Positions 13,359 to 27,422 are shown, numbered from the stretch's first letter. The stretch is 64,000 nt of DNA from Chrysomallon squamiferum (GCA_012295275.1 CM022667.1:992001-1056000); one strand, 5' to 3'. The notes: generated by a model from the letters alone, not told the origin. Numbers and translations are program-made.

Positions 13359-13749
13359 CGTGGCTGTCCTGCTCTCTCAGCTTGGGATTCTGACGAGCTC
13401 CTGTGAAGATGAAAAGATGACATTAGTTTTTGAAGTTGAAAGGGGAGAGCAAGTGAGTGAGTGAGTGAGCAAGCGTGTATGTACACTACAATCAGATGGT
13501 TATCTGGAGTTCTGTGACACAGAGCTAATAGATGGTAGAAATTACAAAATATCAAACATTTTTCTGAAGTGGTCGTCGTTTAGATGGTTTTCTTATTGAT
13601 TGTGTTGACAAAACTTTTTTGACAAATCACATCAACGGGGCGATTACTTCCACTGTATTAATAAATGGCTGCTTGGCAATAAGATAGGCTGTAAAAGATA
13701 CGCTGGCCTTTGTGAAATTTGATCTTCCTACAACTAAGTAAATTGATAA

Positions 13750-13801
13750 TAAATAATAACTGGTGCATTCTTTTTGTAACACTTCTTGAAAATATAGAAG
13801 G

Positions 13802-13853
<52 letters not shown>

Positions 13854-14590
13854 GTTATCTGGGATAGTGGAAGAAAATAATACCTTTTCTTGATGTCTGT
13901 ATTAAATAAAAATATAATGATATATGATGCAACATTTTTATAATACTTCTTTGCTGTTGTTGTTTTTTTGTGGAAGAAAATTAATCCACTTTTCCCTATT
14001 CATAACAACATTAATGAAAAGGATAGCAATAATTGGTGCATACAGTTTTTTTTTAAAACTTGTCATTTGTTGTTAGGTTAAGTGAGGTAACAGAAGAACA
14101 TAACACTGTTTTGTCATTCATGATTAATTAAATGAACACTGTAGCAATAACTGGTGCATGTATTTCAGAAACAAGGCAACAATAACACAAAATTAAGTAT
14201 GATAATGGAAGGAAAATATTACATGAGTTCATTAAATAAAACGTATAATAGTAATTGGTGTATGTGAAAATTATGTTATGTGAGATAATGGGAACAAAAC
14301 AATACTGTTTTTCCGGTACATGGCTACATTATATAGAAAAATATATATATATATATTTCAAAAAGAAGCAAAAATGTATTAAGGTTAAGTGGAGTGATAC
14401 AAGAAAATAATACCTTTTTTCCTGTTTGAGACTGTGTTAAATAAAATGTAGTAAAAACCAGTGCATATATTATTAATTTTTTTTTTTATTTTATTTTTTA
14501 TTATTTTTTTTTAATGTGAAGTGGAAGAAAATAATACCTTAACTTTTTTTTTTTTTTTTTTTTTTTTTTGGCCCATTCATACAATGTGAC
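13750..14590 (+). repeat. Old degenerate tandem array, unit about 110-120 bp, about 7 copies
   Basis: Recurrent blocks gtggaagaaaataataccttttt ... attaaataaaa ... gtagcaataa[c/t]tggtgcat. Confidence 0.7.
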
Positions 14591-17500
14591 ATAATTGTAG
14601 TTTGGTGTACTATGTCTGTCTACGAATATCATGTTACCATTCAAGCAGGTTTTGAACAGCTAGTAATAAGCTTTAGGTTATTTTCTCCAGATTTACAGGA
14701 CAGCTGATAATTTCTATAATTGTGGAAACTGTTATTAATGGTATCATTCCATTAATAAAACTGTTTTGTAATATTAAGTTTAAATTAAAAAAAATAATTG
14801 AAAAAAATAAATAAATAAATATAAAAAATAATATAAAAAAATCATTCCATTAGTAAAATATCAGTTATAAATCATTCTGCAAAGAATTAAAAATGTTTTA
14901 GAAGTTTAAATAAATACAAAATTAGTATTGAAGCGATTTATAAGTGTGGAAAGCATTTACAAGATTATTCCATTAATGTCACTAAAACATTAATCTAACA
15001 AAATAAAAAATGATATGTAATTTGAAATTAAACATTAATAAAATATGGTTGATATTAAAGGTCTTTCTAATTTTGAGAATCATTTATAAATTATTTTTAA
15101 TATTTTATTAACAAAAATGTCACTTACAAATTATTTTGATATAATTTAGAACTGCTCTGCAATTTTATTATTGAAAAATTACCTGATGAAAATTAAATAT
15201 TTACATTTTAAAAACATCCATATTGAAATATAAATATATTTTTTAAAACAATTTAAAATTAAAAAAAAAAAAAAAAATGTTTAGATATTTTTACCTAATT
15301 CAGTATAACAATATTTCCTAAAATATTATTTTATAAAATTAATTGACTTTTTTCTTTATTAACGTTTTTTTTTATTTGTTATTTTTAAGTGTTTAAGAAA
15401 CACTTTATTGATGAAAGTACTTTTTATATTTTTATATATATATATTATTTTTTATAACAACATTATCTTTAATATGATTGCAGAATCTGCAGAAATAAAC
15501 AAAGCAAAGTTTCCTAACACACTTCAAAATGCTTTAATTTGGAACAAGAACTTTTCATATAATATCAACAATTTACTGGATGCTTTGAAAGATTTCTCCA
15601 ACACAAATATTTAGACAACTTCAAGTGAAAACTTAACAAATAATTGATGAGAAACAAGTGGCTAGAACTTTCAACACAATCATTTTCTTTTCTTCAAAGT
15701 GAAAACTTATTAAATATTCTGCCGCTAAAATGTGAAAACTTTCAGATAATTTACCATATAAGTGCAAAAAAAAACACCCAACTAAATAACAGTTTGTGTG
15801 AAATTTTAAATACTTGATAACTCCAGGTTTTTGAAGCATAAAGTGGAAAATTTAATAAAAAGTAGAAAGTGAAAAACTTTACCAATTTTTTTTTTTTAAA
15901 TTAAAAATTAAAAGTTTGTCAAAAATGATTAAAATAACATTAATATGCAACCAAAATAATGTTACAAACAATGATATAAAAATGAAAATTATATACAAAA
16001 TTTTCATTAACATTTGTAAAATCAATTTATCTTAAAAATCTTAAAAATTAACAATATATTATAAATTTTGAATAACAATAATAATAATAATATACAAAAT
16101 TTTCAGAATAAACAATACATCATAAAAATGTAAAAAAAAAAAAAAAATTTAAAAAAATTAAAAAATTAAAAAATCAGGTACATTTTGTCAAAACCTCTTC
16201 ACTTAACATTTCTGCATGTTTCCTTGGGTTAAACATGAAAAACATTTTCCAAAATCCTAAAAAAAAAAAAAACATTTTCAAAAATCTAAATGGAAAACAG
16301 CCACAATCTCCCAGGATGTGCATTTTTACGTCAAAAAGAATTTCCAGGTCCTAAATGCTCCAAGGGTTCTGTAAAACGACTGTTCATGTGACAGAACCCG
16401 CATACTCAATTATTGCATTTTCTTTTTGAAAATATATTTAGTTTCCATGTCAGACATTCTGTACAGTGTTAGGTGGTGGGTCTTTTTTTACACACGAGAA
16501 AGAATGGAGAGTTTTTAAACACCGAAATGGATGGTATTTTATTGAGCTGTAAACGAGATTGTTTTATGAACATAACCATTTACAAATTTAAGATAAGAAG
16601 AAGAGTGAAACAGAAAGATGGAAAGAGAAAGAAAAGAAAGAAAGATAGAAAGAGAGAGAGAGAGAGAGAAAGAAGGGAAAGAAAAGATAAAGTGAAAAAA
16701 AATAGAAAGTCAGGTGAAGGAAAGGAAAAAAAGAAAGGGAAAGACAAAGAAAAGAAAAAAGAACAAAAGTAATGAAATGAAAGAAAGAGAAATGAAATTA
16801 AAAAAAAAAAAAAAAAATGAAAAAATAAAAGAAGTGAAAGAAAAAATATAAAACAAAGAAAAAGTGAATTAAAATTTTAAGCCTTATCAGTATGTTTTTT
16901 ATTTAATAAAATTTTTTTATTTAGATCTATTTATTTTTTTATATTGGACAAAAATATGAACTGTAAACTAAAAAAATAAAAACTATTATTACCAGACAAC
17001 ACAGTGGGTTTTTTTCCCATTCAAGCAAAGGCTCCATTCTTCACAATTTATTATTTTAATTTTTTTTCTCTTGTGCATGAATCAGAATTTATATTCTTTT
17101 GTCACTGAATTCTTACAAAATAAAAACTAATTAGAAAATTAAAAAAAAGATGAAAGAGAGATCATCTTACAAAAAAGCTACCAAATTATTTTTTTATTAT
17201 TTTTTTTAATTTATATTTTTCTTTACTCTTTTATTTCACTTTAAAAAAAAATTAAATCTTATTCTTAATGATCTTGACAAATCCCTCACTAAACAAAAAG
17301 CCAGGAAGACCTTTTTAAAAAAAAAAAAGCCTCAGATAAAATGAAAAATTAGCCTAAGGTGTAACATATAGCATGATCAATATTTCAAGCATCTTTTTAT
17401 TTGAAGAAGGAGAAGACAATGAAGACGATGAAGAAGAAAAAAGAAGAAGAAGAAGAAAAGAAATAAGAACAAGAAGAAGAAAATAAAAATAAAGAAAACT

Positions 17501-19629
17501 ACAGACAACATAAAATTTAATATGATTCCGTTTAAGATTCATTTGAAAAAAAAAAATTCCCCGTATTATGTATGGTAGGATATAATGATCTGCTCACCAT
17601 ACTTAATATGACAATTTTTTCTTACAAATACTCCTGAATATAAAATATACTTATTTCTTTCTAACATTCTGCTGCCAGCAATATATATTGTTAAAAAAAA
17701 AAAAAAATCAATTTTCTTCTACCAGAATCTTTAGATAAAATAAAATTTAAACATGGGCCTTTTTCTGGTTAATAAATCACAGGTATAATGTAATGATGTG
17801 CTGACAGTCTAATATCGGGTTGATGGAGTAGAGGTGAGACAGACTAACAAACAGAGAGATACACACCACCAATTTAACAGCCAAAGAATTCTTTAACAGA
17901 TGACTGATTGAGCTGCTGCAGTATTTTGATACAAAGTGGGTTGTCTGTCTTGTATATTTCAAAGTTTGATTCAGTCTGTGTTAGTTAGTATTTTGCAGGC
18001 TTTATATCCAATATATTTTTATATTTCAAAGTTTGTTCTGTCCTACTCTTTTTTTAATAAGATGATGATGATGGTGACAAATATGAAGATAATAAAATAA
18101 GAAAAGAAATTGATGATGATGATGATGAAGATCGTAAAGAAGAAGCTGATGATAATGATGATGGTGGTGAAGATAATGATTAATGATTAAAAATGAAGAT
18201 GACAAAGAAATTGAAGAAAATAAAAATAAAGATGATTATTATTTTTGATGATGATGATGATAATGAAAAAAATGATAATGATAATAATAAGAAGAGAACT
18301 GTAGACAGTATAAAATTTAAAATTATTAGTAGTAATTTTCATGTTGCTTTAAAACTTGTTGTATTTTTATTTTTTTGAACAGAAGAAATTAGATTCCTTA
18401 GTTTTTATCTTCACATCAAACTGTTAATGAACTGGAAATTCTCTATATTATTATTACCAACCAAACATTTAATAAGTTTTGACTTTCCAATTACCTCCAA
18501 TATGGCAAATTCTTTTTTTTTTTCCATGATTACATCCAATATCCTTTACTTTTATTTTATTTCAATCTGGCTTTTTTATTTTCACCAAGTTATTTCAATA
18601 TGTTCTGCATTTTGCAAGTTTGTATCAAACTAAAACTTTGCATGTATTAATTTCAATATTTTAAAATATATTTTTTTTCAATTTCATTTGTGTTTGATAC
18701 TCAATGATGAATTTTCATTTTACAACCCAATTTAGATACTATTATGAAATAAACATAGGTCACAAATCAGCAATCTCATTTGAATTAAAATAATAATAAT
18801 AATTATAATAATTATAATCCTTCCCCCAAACAATGAAAAACATTATTCAGAAAATAAGAAGAAAATCCATATCAATTTACAGTCTGTGAATATGCCTGAT
18901 ACCAATGTTTTTTCTTTCTTTCAATACAAAAAATGTCCAGAAAATAAAACTGATACCTAAATCTGAAATTAATGCTAATGATCTACAATATAGGTAAGCC
19001 ATAAAAAAACCTGGTATTGTTGCTGATTACATTTTCAGTTAACCACAGCATTGACACAGACTGGTTAATGAATGTTCACAATTGATTTGAAAGCCATGGA
19101 AAAAAAAATTAGGTTGTTGGTATCATATAACCGTCTATATAAATTAATATCTAATAATTACCTACTGATATCGACAATATTGCACACCATATATAATGTC
19201 ATAGCAGCCATGAATAATGCATACATGCTTCATCAAATGCACCCGTTAAATATCTAAAGCTATGTTATTCACCAGAATTGTGACTGAACATGCAATAAGT
19301 TTTGTATTTCACGGCTAACGGCAGTAACAGATGTTATCATATGGATGCTTATAAACACATGGTGTGGTGAAAATCTTGTTAAGATTGTTATTACTAATAT
19401 TACAAAGTAATCTCTCATATTATGTTAAGATAATGGTTGCTGTTGCTATTTTGTAACATGTCATTTCAGTTCTATATTAACAGTCTTACACTGATGCTTC
19501 ATGAGAAGAAAACAGATCTCCATTCTATAAGCAGTTACCAGAAAAGAAAAAAAAAAGATTTAAAAGAATTTTCAGGAGAAAAACAAAATTCATTAAGGGT
19601 GTCATTTCCATATTCATTATGACAGTATA

Positions 19630-19986
19630 TCTGTGTTTGTGTTTGTGTTTCTGTCTGTATCTGTGTGTGTGTGGGTCTGTCTGTCTGACTGTGTGTGTGT
19701 GTGTGTGTGTTTGTGTCTTTGTATGAGAGTGTATGTGTGTCTGTTTGTCTGCGTGAGTGTTTGTGTCTGTATCTGTGTGTGTGTATGTGTGTGTGTCTGT
19801 ATCTGTGTGTGTGTCTGTATCAGTGTGTGTGTGTCTGTATGTCTGTGTGTGTGTCTGTGTTTGTATAAGACAGTCTGTGTATCTGTTTGTCTGGGTGTGT
19901 GTGTTTGTGTCTGTGTTTGTATAAGAGTGCCTGTGTGTCTGTTTGGTCTGGGTGTGTGTATGTTTGTATAAGACTGTGTGTCTGAT

Positions 19987-20017
<31 letters not shown>

Positions 20018-20174
20018 TTGTATAAGAGTGTCTGTGTGTCTGATTGTCTGGGTGTGTGTGTGTGTTTGTATAAGAGAGAGTGTGTGTGTATGTGTGTGTG
20101 TGTGTGTGTCTGTCTGTGTGTGTGTGTCTGTCTGTGTGTGTGTGTGTGTCTGTCTGTGTGTGTGTGTGTGTGTA

Positions 20175-20210
<36 letters not shown>
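19630..20210. repeat. About 580-bp interrupted (TG)n/(TCTG)n microsatellite with a recurring gtttgtataaga sub-unit
   Basis: Direct reading. Confidence 0.95.
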
Positions 20211-21065
20211 TCTGTTGACAGAAAGAGAGACAGACAGTGATTTATATGACACACACTAAAAAGCCTGACACCTGTTTGACAAACTGCACACACACACACA
20301 GTCGATTTACAGCAGCCAAACTGCGACACATACCACACCCTGACCTTCGGCGCGATACACACATCACACTGGACTCTCATCCATCAAAGAATTACTGCAC
20401 AATCAAATTCACATATCTTGTCAGTGTCTCAATACCGAGACTCGGGGAAAAAAAAATAATCTGCTGGCATTGCCTCAGTGTCACTCATCCAATCACAGAC
20501 TTTGTTTGGGTGATAGCAAATCTGTGATTAAATTGAACGGTGATTAGTAATTAATTAAGTTACAGCCATCTCTCTCTCTCTCTCAGATTGCTTTGTGTGT
20601 GTTTGGAGGAGATCTACCAGTCGAATTCATCAGGTTGGACAGCTTTGTTTTTGACAGTCTGTCGTCTGTTTAAAGTTTGACCAGTTCTGACAGCGAGAAG
20701 TGATTCTTTTGAAGTTTAACCAAATTTGACGAATACAGAGCAACTAAAAATGATTTTGTTTGTATGAGGCTTTTTTTTTTGTCCATGAATTACGTTCTAA
20801 ACCCTTACTGTCACATAAACTTTAATAAATCATGCTATGCTGTCAAAAGGAGTGTGTCATTCTTAATAATGTGTGTAACTGCTGTTGAATGTGAAAAAAA
20901 AATAATTCGCTGAATCTTTAAACACACCAAGTAGGATAATAAAACTGTTATCTTTATGGTATCTTTATAGTTTAGATTATTTTAAGGTGTTTGATGTAGA
21001 TTAGAGAGGTATGCAAATAAAATGGAAGAATGAAAAATTATTTTTTCTTCCTTATTTGACTTTTT

Positions 21066-21222
21066 TCAAACGACCTGTGTACAACAGCCACCTGTCATTA
21101 ATGGGCACTTCAACACATTTAATTACAATATTTTAATCTCTGTACAACAACCACCTGTTTATGTTAACCACTTCTGCCAACTGTCTTGAATGTCCACAAT
21201 ACACACACAGGTTTGTCTGAGT
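21066..21222. mobile_element. Decayed non-autonomous Tc1/pogo(Tigger)-like MITE
   Basis: Internal duplicated motif ctgtacaacarccacctgt (about 21075 and 21140). End acacaggtttgtctg is roughly complementary to start caaacgacctgtgt. It resembles, from memory, CAGTCAAACCTGT...ACCACCT-type elements. Confidence 0.45.
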
Positions 21223-21266
21223 ATGTATGTTTATCTATAAAAAAAAAAATCATAACAGAACAATAA

Positions 21267-21305
<39 letters not shown>

Positions 21306-21699
21306 CAGTGCACAAAGCAATGATCCTGCTTAAGTGAGTTTTGCTGTCAGGACTCCAAATGTTAATCACATTCAGTTAAAGCACTTGATAAGATTCAGTA
21401 ATAGCTTTTTACTTATAATATTCCAGTGCTCTGTGACTCTCCACAGGGAGAGAGAGACAGAGAGAGGCAAATTAACAATGCATTGCTGTATGGCACATTA
21501 CTGCATGTTGTTCCCACATCCTGCCTGGATACATGGTGGTACAACCATTTCTCTGCAGGCTTTAACTAGCACACTGTCAGCTCAAGTTAGGCTTGTCTCA
21601 GTTATGACTTGTGGTGCAGAAGGTAGCACCAACTTGTTTGTGGTGGTGCCTGTTTTCGGAACAGGAGAAATATGAATAAATTAGAAAGAGAAACAGTAT

Positions 21700-22335
21700 G
21701 GTATGAATATTACACATAACTGTTGATTGTTGGATACAAAACGTATGCCACAGTTGTCATATATTACAACTGGATGCAGAATTCTTAATGATAAAGTATC
21801 ATACTTCAGCTGCATGCAAAATTCTATTCCGTGTTTGTTGAATTTTATATTTGAGTGCAAAATTTATGCCACTGTTATGTGTGATGGCTTTTTGCAGTTA
21901 TTATATTCAATAGCTGAGTATGTTTTATGCCACAGTTATAACATGTGATAACTGAATATACATTTATCATAATTACCAAGAACAAAATGTATGCCACAAT
22001 TATCACGTCAAAGCTGAATGCAAAATTATATGCCACAATTATTGTCTGTTAAGCTGAATGCAGACTGTTATGCCACAGTTACTCTATCTGACAGCTGAAT
22101 GCTAATAAAATGCCACAGGTATCAATATCCGACAGGTTTATGCAAATTTTAAGCTGATGTTGTTATTCTTGATAACTAAACACACAGATTTTATGCACAG
22201 TTATCATACTTTACAACTGAATGTCTATTTTATGTTTTACAAGTGAACATTAATTTCAGGTCTCGTTGTACAGACTTTACAACTGTACGCAGCTGATTTC
22301 TTTGTGCTTATTTTATGCTCCAGTTGTCATAATTA
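21700..22335 (+). repeat. Degenerate about 40-bp minisatellite (tatgccacagttatc...agctgaatgcaaaat)
   Basis: ATGCCACA[G/A]TTA and AGCTGAATG blocks recur at about 40-bp spacing, clearest at 21985-22130. Confidence 0.85.
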
Positions 22336-23329
22336 ATATTTAGATAAAACTTTTACAAATGAAGTTGAAAAAAGAAGTTATAAAAATGTTTGAGGAAAAA
22401 GGGGAAAGAACGGTTACTAGTTTTAGACTTTTTTTCATCTTCTTTTTACTTCTTTTCATTTTATTGTAATCCTTTATTATTAGCAAAGTTTAGTGCCTTT
22501 AATAAAATAAATCTCTTGGCAGTATGTAAAAATTATTTATGCAACTGCTTCATAAAATGTGCTCTTTAAAATGATTATATATTTTAAAGAGACTGGGTGT
22601 AAAAAATGTTTGCAGAAATCAGAAATAATATTAAGAACATATATAAACTATTTTTTTCAAAAACTAATATGCATTTTAAGCCATGTGCACAATGTAAAAA
22701 AAAAAAGAATTATTTGACTTCTGTTTTAATGAATGGATTTTTATGTACTTAACTTCATAAATGATAGTTCTTGCTTGAAAATTTATGTAGTGCAGTTATA
22801 TTTATAAAAAAAAAAAAAAAAAAAAAGTTAAAGAGATTCTCAAAAATTAGAAGAACCTGCCTTATAATGCTATTATTGCAACTGCAGAACATGTTTTCGC
22901 ATTTTTACAGAATCTGTGTGCTTTTCCTTGTGGCTAAAACAACAGTTATTTTGATTTATAGAAAATTAAAATAACAGCTACAAAATGAATGCTCTCCCGT
23001 TTTGCCAGCAAAAATAACAAGCCTGTTTGAATACGACACTCCATTCAGAAAAGGCAAAACTGTTATATATGTGTGTGTGTTACTACACCAGTGTATTAAA
23101 CACTGCAGTTTCAAATTAGCCAATCAGAACGTATCAGACCAGATTATTAATTGTGCAATATCACGGCTGTTATGATTGCAATTTGAGAAACAACATATGT
23201 GTGCGTATGCCATGTGCAAGCTGGCTTTTCAGTGAAAGCTATATAAACTACATTATGTAACAAACACATCTGTAAAATACCATACAAAAATATATATATA
23301 AATGTTTGACAGAAATAATCTGTTAAGTA

Positions 23330-23552
23330 TGACGAACCCGTTAAGTGGGTTACTCTTATTTCAGGCTGTGTTCCTGTCTGAACTATTTATTAAAGGTCTG
23401 GGTATGTGCTGTCAGTGAAACATGTATGTTTTAAAAAAAAATCATCTGTAAAGCATGAACTGGATTTTTCTTATTTTAACCAGTGTCCCTTGAATTTTTT
23501 AGTATGTGCAATCATGGTTTCTCTCTCTCTCTCTCTCTCTCTGTATACATAC

Positions 23553-23583
<31 letters not shown>

Positions 23584-23715
23584 CATACATACATACACAC
23601 AAACACATATATAAAATATATTCTGCCACTAAAGAAGAGAACAGCCCATGCAAAGAAGTAAGCAGGCTTCCTGTTTTTCTTCATAATAATTTGACTGATG
23701 TTTCTACTAGCTTTA
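23330..23715 (+). mobile_element. Decayed SINE fragments interrupted by a (CT)n/(ACAT)n microsatellite
   Basis: aaaggtctgggtatgtgctgtc and gagaacagcccatg...agcaggcttcct segments resemble fragments at 58640-59030 and the reverse complement of 60605-60725. The family assignment is from memory of gastropod tRNA-derived SINEs. Confidence 0.5.
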
Positions 23716-24504
23716 AATAAACATATGTTGAGGTACATACATCTGAATGTCTGTTTGTATGTTTATGTGTATAAGTAGTTGAGAGTGTCTGTGTGCAAGG
23801 ACATGTGTATGCATATGTGAGGTGTGTGCATGCACACACATGCAAATGTGTATGTATGGTCTTTATTCTTTAGTCATATTTCCTGTGAAGCAAGACTGTT
23901 ATGAAAGGTTGTTGGTACAAATTTAAGCACCAGGACCCAGTATGGAGTGGATTCTGTAAATCTAATGTAAATATGAAATCTGGTTTCGTACACTCATTAC
24001 AGCACTGGTTTTGCAAATTTAGTAATGTTATGTGATTCTGAATGTCTGGTACTATTTGACTGTGTTTGTACTGTTACCTGTTTCTCTGTATATTTAACTG
24101 TCTGTTTCTCAGTGTGGAGTGTGTGAGTTTGCATTTTTGTGTCTGTTTGTGTGCATGTGTTGATCTCTCTCTCCCTTTCTCTCTCTTTCTCTCCCACTCT
24201 CTCTCACTATATCTATATGTATATATGTGTGTGTGTGTATATATATATATAAAGAGAGAGTGTAAGAGACAGAAAGAGAGAAACATATACATATATACAC
24301 ACCTACGGACAGATAAGCAAATAGATAGGTGGACAGTATGTGGGTTAGGGTTATGTTATTACAGTGGTGTTCATTATAACTATGGTATTTGTGGTATATT
24401 ATTTAAAATGTTATAACTACACAATAAAATTTAATTGTCATTGTAATAATTGTATTAGTAAATATAATTGTATAAGTAATCTCAAAATAAATGTTATCAT
24501 TTAC

Positions 24505-24532
24505 TGTCCACCTACTTTTGGATCACCCTGTA
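24505..24532 (-). mobile_element. Possible Tc1/mariner terminal inverted repeat remnant (TA|CAGGGTGATCCAAAAGT)
   Basis: CAGGGTG terminus abutting a TA run. There is only a weak partner end at about 24360. Confidence 0.3.
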
Positions 24533-24538
24533 TATATA

Positions 24539-24593
<55 letters not shown>

Positions 24594-25039
24594 TATTTTT
24601 GACTTTCTGAAACACCCAGTAATTTACATTAACCATCAGATAACAAAAATTAAGTAATTTACTTTAGTACTTGGTATATTGTTTGGTTACAAGTCACTGG
24701 TTGAAAAGTGACCATTAAAAGACAATTTACTGCTGAGTGGTATATTACCTGTAATGCATCAACAGGTTTCTTTTCTCACCTGAAAGATGAAAGCCAGGTG
24801 AGCACTTAGGCAGGTATTTTGTTTACCTGGACTAATACTGGTCATCAGGTGGGAATATTAATGTGGATGTGGATTGATTGAAAGAAAGCTGACATCATTT
24901 TATTTCTTTGTTGTTAAATATGTGTGTGAGATAATGGAATAATGGATTTATATCTGTCTGTATGTATGTGTGTGTGTGAGAACACATAAACACACACACA
25001 AGCATACATTCAAATTAAAACCCCATTAATTTCATATAT

Positions 25040-25390
25040 ATATGCATATATGTGTGTATGTATGTATGTGTGTATGTATGTATGTGTGTATATATGTATG
25101 TGTATATGTGTGTATATGTATGTATACTAGTGTATTTTGTGTATGTATGTATATGTATGTATTCCAATGTGTTTGTGTGTTTATATGTATGTGTGTGTAT
25201 GTGTGTATTTATGTATTTGTGTATTTTTATGTATTTTTATGTATATAGATTTGTATATATATTTATGTGTGTTTGTGTATGTTTTTATATGTCTGGGTTT
25301 GTAAATACATATATATGTGTGTGTATAGTTATTTGAATCTATGTACAGATGGATGTGTTTGTGTGTGTGTGTATGTGTGTGTGTGTGTGG
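25040..25390. repeat. Degenerate (TG)n/(TATG)n microsatellite
   Basis: Direct reading. Confidence 0.9.
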
Positions 25391-27422
25391 GGGGGTATGA
25401 GAGAGAGAGTGAATATCCATCAGTTATTAAGTATCAGAACATCTCTGTTTGTGTGTGTGAATATATATTAGTAAGTTTGAATATGAGTATGTGTGTACAT
25501 GTCTGTGATTTTTTCATTACTATTCTGTCATCTCCCTACATCTCAATATCTTCATCACAAATTTCTCTTCTTGATTGCTTTGTCCTTGATTACACCACCA
25601 TATTAAAAAAAAAAAAAAATAAAAAAAAAAAAAAAATAAAAACCCTGTCAATGCTCAAATCGCAGTCAAAGTGATAATTAACACAATTTAATCCTCGCAA
25701 ACAACGTTGTGAAATAAAAATGTAATAAACTGGACCTAAATGGAAGGTTACTGGCCTGTAATGAGAGGTCCTTGTCAGTGTGTCAAAAAGTGCCCACATG
25801 AAATCCATTAGTTCTAATTCCAAGCAAAAGTGTTCACATTAGTCTGGCTAATGCAAGACGACTTCCAGCTTGTCAACAAAGAGTCACAGTGGACACTGGT
25901 GTGGTCAGGAGTGGACACTGTCCAGTCAGTCAGTGTTACACACAGAGAGTGGGAGTGAATAGGGGATTCGTGAGTGAATCCCCGATGAAGAGAGTTGCAA
26001 ATTTGACACAAATGGTTCTCCATATTTCAGTTTTTTCTGATAGTTTTGATAAAACGGGATTTGTGCGAGATAGAAGCTTCTGTTGTGTATTTAACTGTCT
26101 GTTTCAAACATAACAAACATGCTTCAACAAATTATCTGATTAAAGGATTCTAAAAATTACAACATGCAAAATGTGTGTGTGTGTTTGTGTGTGTGTGTCT
26201 GTTTAAGAAAATATTCTTGATATGTTTTATGCTAGCCATTTTTTATTTTTATTTTATTTTATTAGTCTTACAACCAATCTTTACATGTAATAAAGAATCA
26301 CAATGACAGAATAAGTTTGTGAAAAAAATTCAGAAACAATATTTTCCCTTACTGTGTAATGTACATGTGATATTATATCATTTTAGAGATATAAATGACC
26401 TGTAATTATTAGATACAAAAACAGATTAAGCAAAAAAAAAAAATTAAACAAAAAAAAATGTCTAATTTAAAATTTTTCAATGAATAATGAATGATTTAAA
26501 TAAATTATATAAATTAAATAAAAAAAAAAAAAATAAAAACAATGATAGAGAGAATATAAACAACAACAACAATAATAATAAAGAAAATTTTAAAAATGAC
26601 CCACTCCCCAAAAAAAGACAATTTGTTTTAAAATATTATACAGAAAATAATTAACAAAGACTTACAGGTAAAACCAAACAGAAGCCACTGTGTAGACTAT
26701 CAGTCTACCACTGAAACAGAATTCTTCAAATAAAAGACTTCTGGTATTTTAACCCTTTCCTTTCTATGAATAAATACGTCCACTCTAAAACTTTTGTTTC
26801 TGTTAACTGTGGAAATCATCAGATTTAACACCCCACCCCCAGGGGCTGGCTTACTCTGTGAGAAGCAGACAGACACACCCTCAGAAACTCCCACACATCA
26901 CAGTAAACCCAGTACATCCTGCTGTCCTTGGGAATGCAGTGCAGCTTTGTTGATTTTTTTGCCAGGAGCTATATTTTTTAATTAATGCAGTTAAAAGGGT
27001 TAAGTGCTCACATAATTACACAGACAATGTGCAGTACCCAGTCGGTACTCACTGTTACCTGTTACATCTGTCGCTGTTTTGAAAAATAACTTGGTACACG
27101 TGTAACAGCTTGTCCTCGGAAAATGTTCGGTTTTTTATGCTGTTTGATGTTTTTGGTCTATCGTTTTTTTCATTATCGGAATTGTGATTGTGATTGTGAT
27201 TGTGATTGGTGAAAAAAGTGAGCAACACTGTTTATAATGATTTGTTGTATTTAACATTTTTGGCTGGGAGAGTTGTAGAAATTATATGTAATAATAAATG
27301 TAAAAAATAAATAAATAAAAAAATTAAATTAAATTAAATTAATTAAATAAATAAATAAATAAATAAATATTGCTAGGTTTAGTGCATCTCTGTACTTTTT
27401 TTATTCTAATATTTCTTCTATT

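Larger units (their letters stand above)
12928..13400 (-). other. Spliced exon (about 473 nt) containing 5'UTR and start codon
   Basis: Minus-strand acceptor aaCTAATgtcatcttttcatcttcaCAG|GAG at 13401/13400, with branch-point-like CTAAT and a polypyrimidine tract. Donor at 12928/12927. Locally CpG-rich relative to its flanks. Confidence 0.65.

Noticed and set aside
16473-16772. Lys/Arg/Glu-rich 99-aa ORF
   Set aside because: It arises from a low-complexity purine tract.
21700-22335. Conserved blocks with variable linkers, superficially repeat-spacer-like
   Set aside because: The linkers are only about 8-10 nt and are themselves alignable; this is an ordinary decayed minisatellite.
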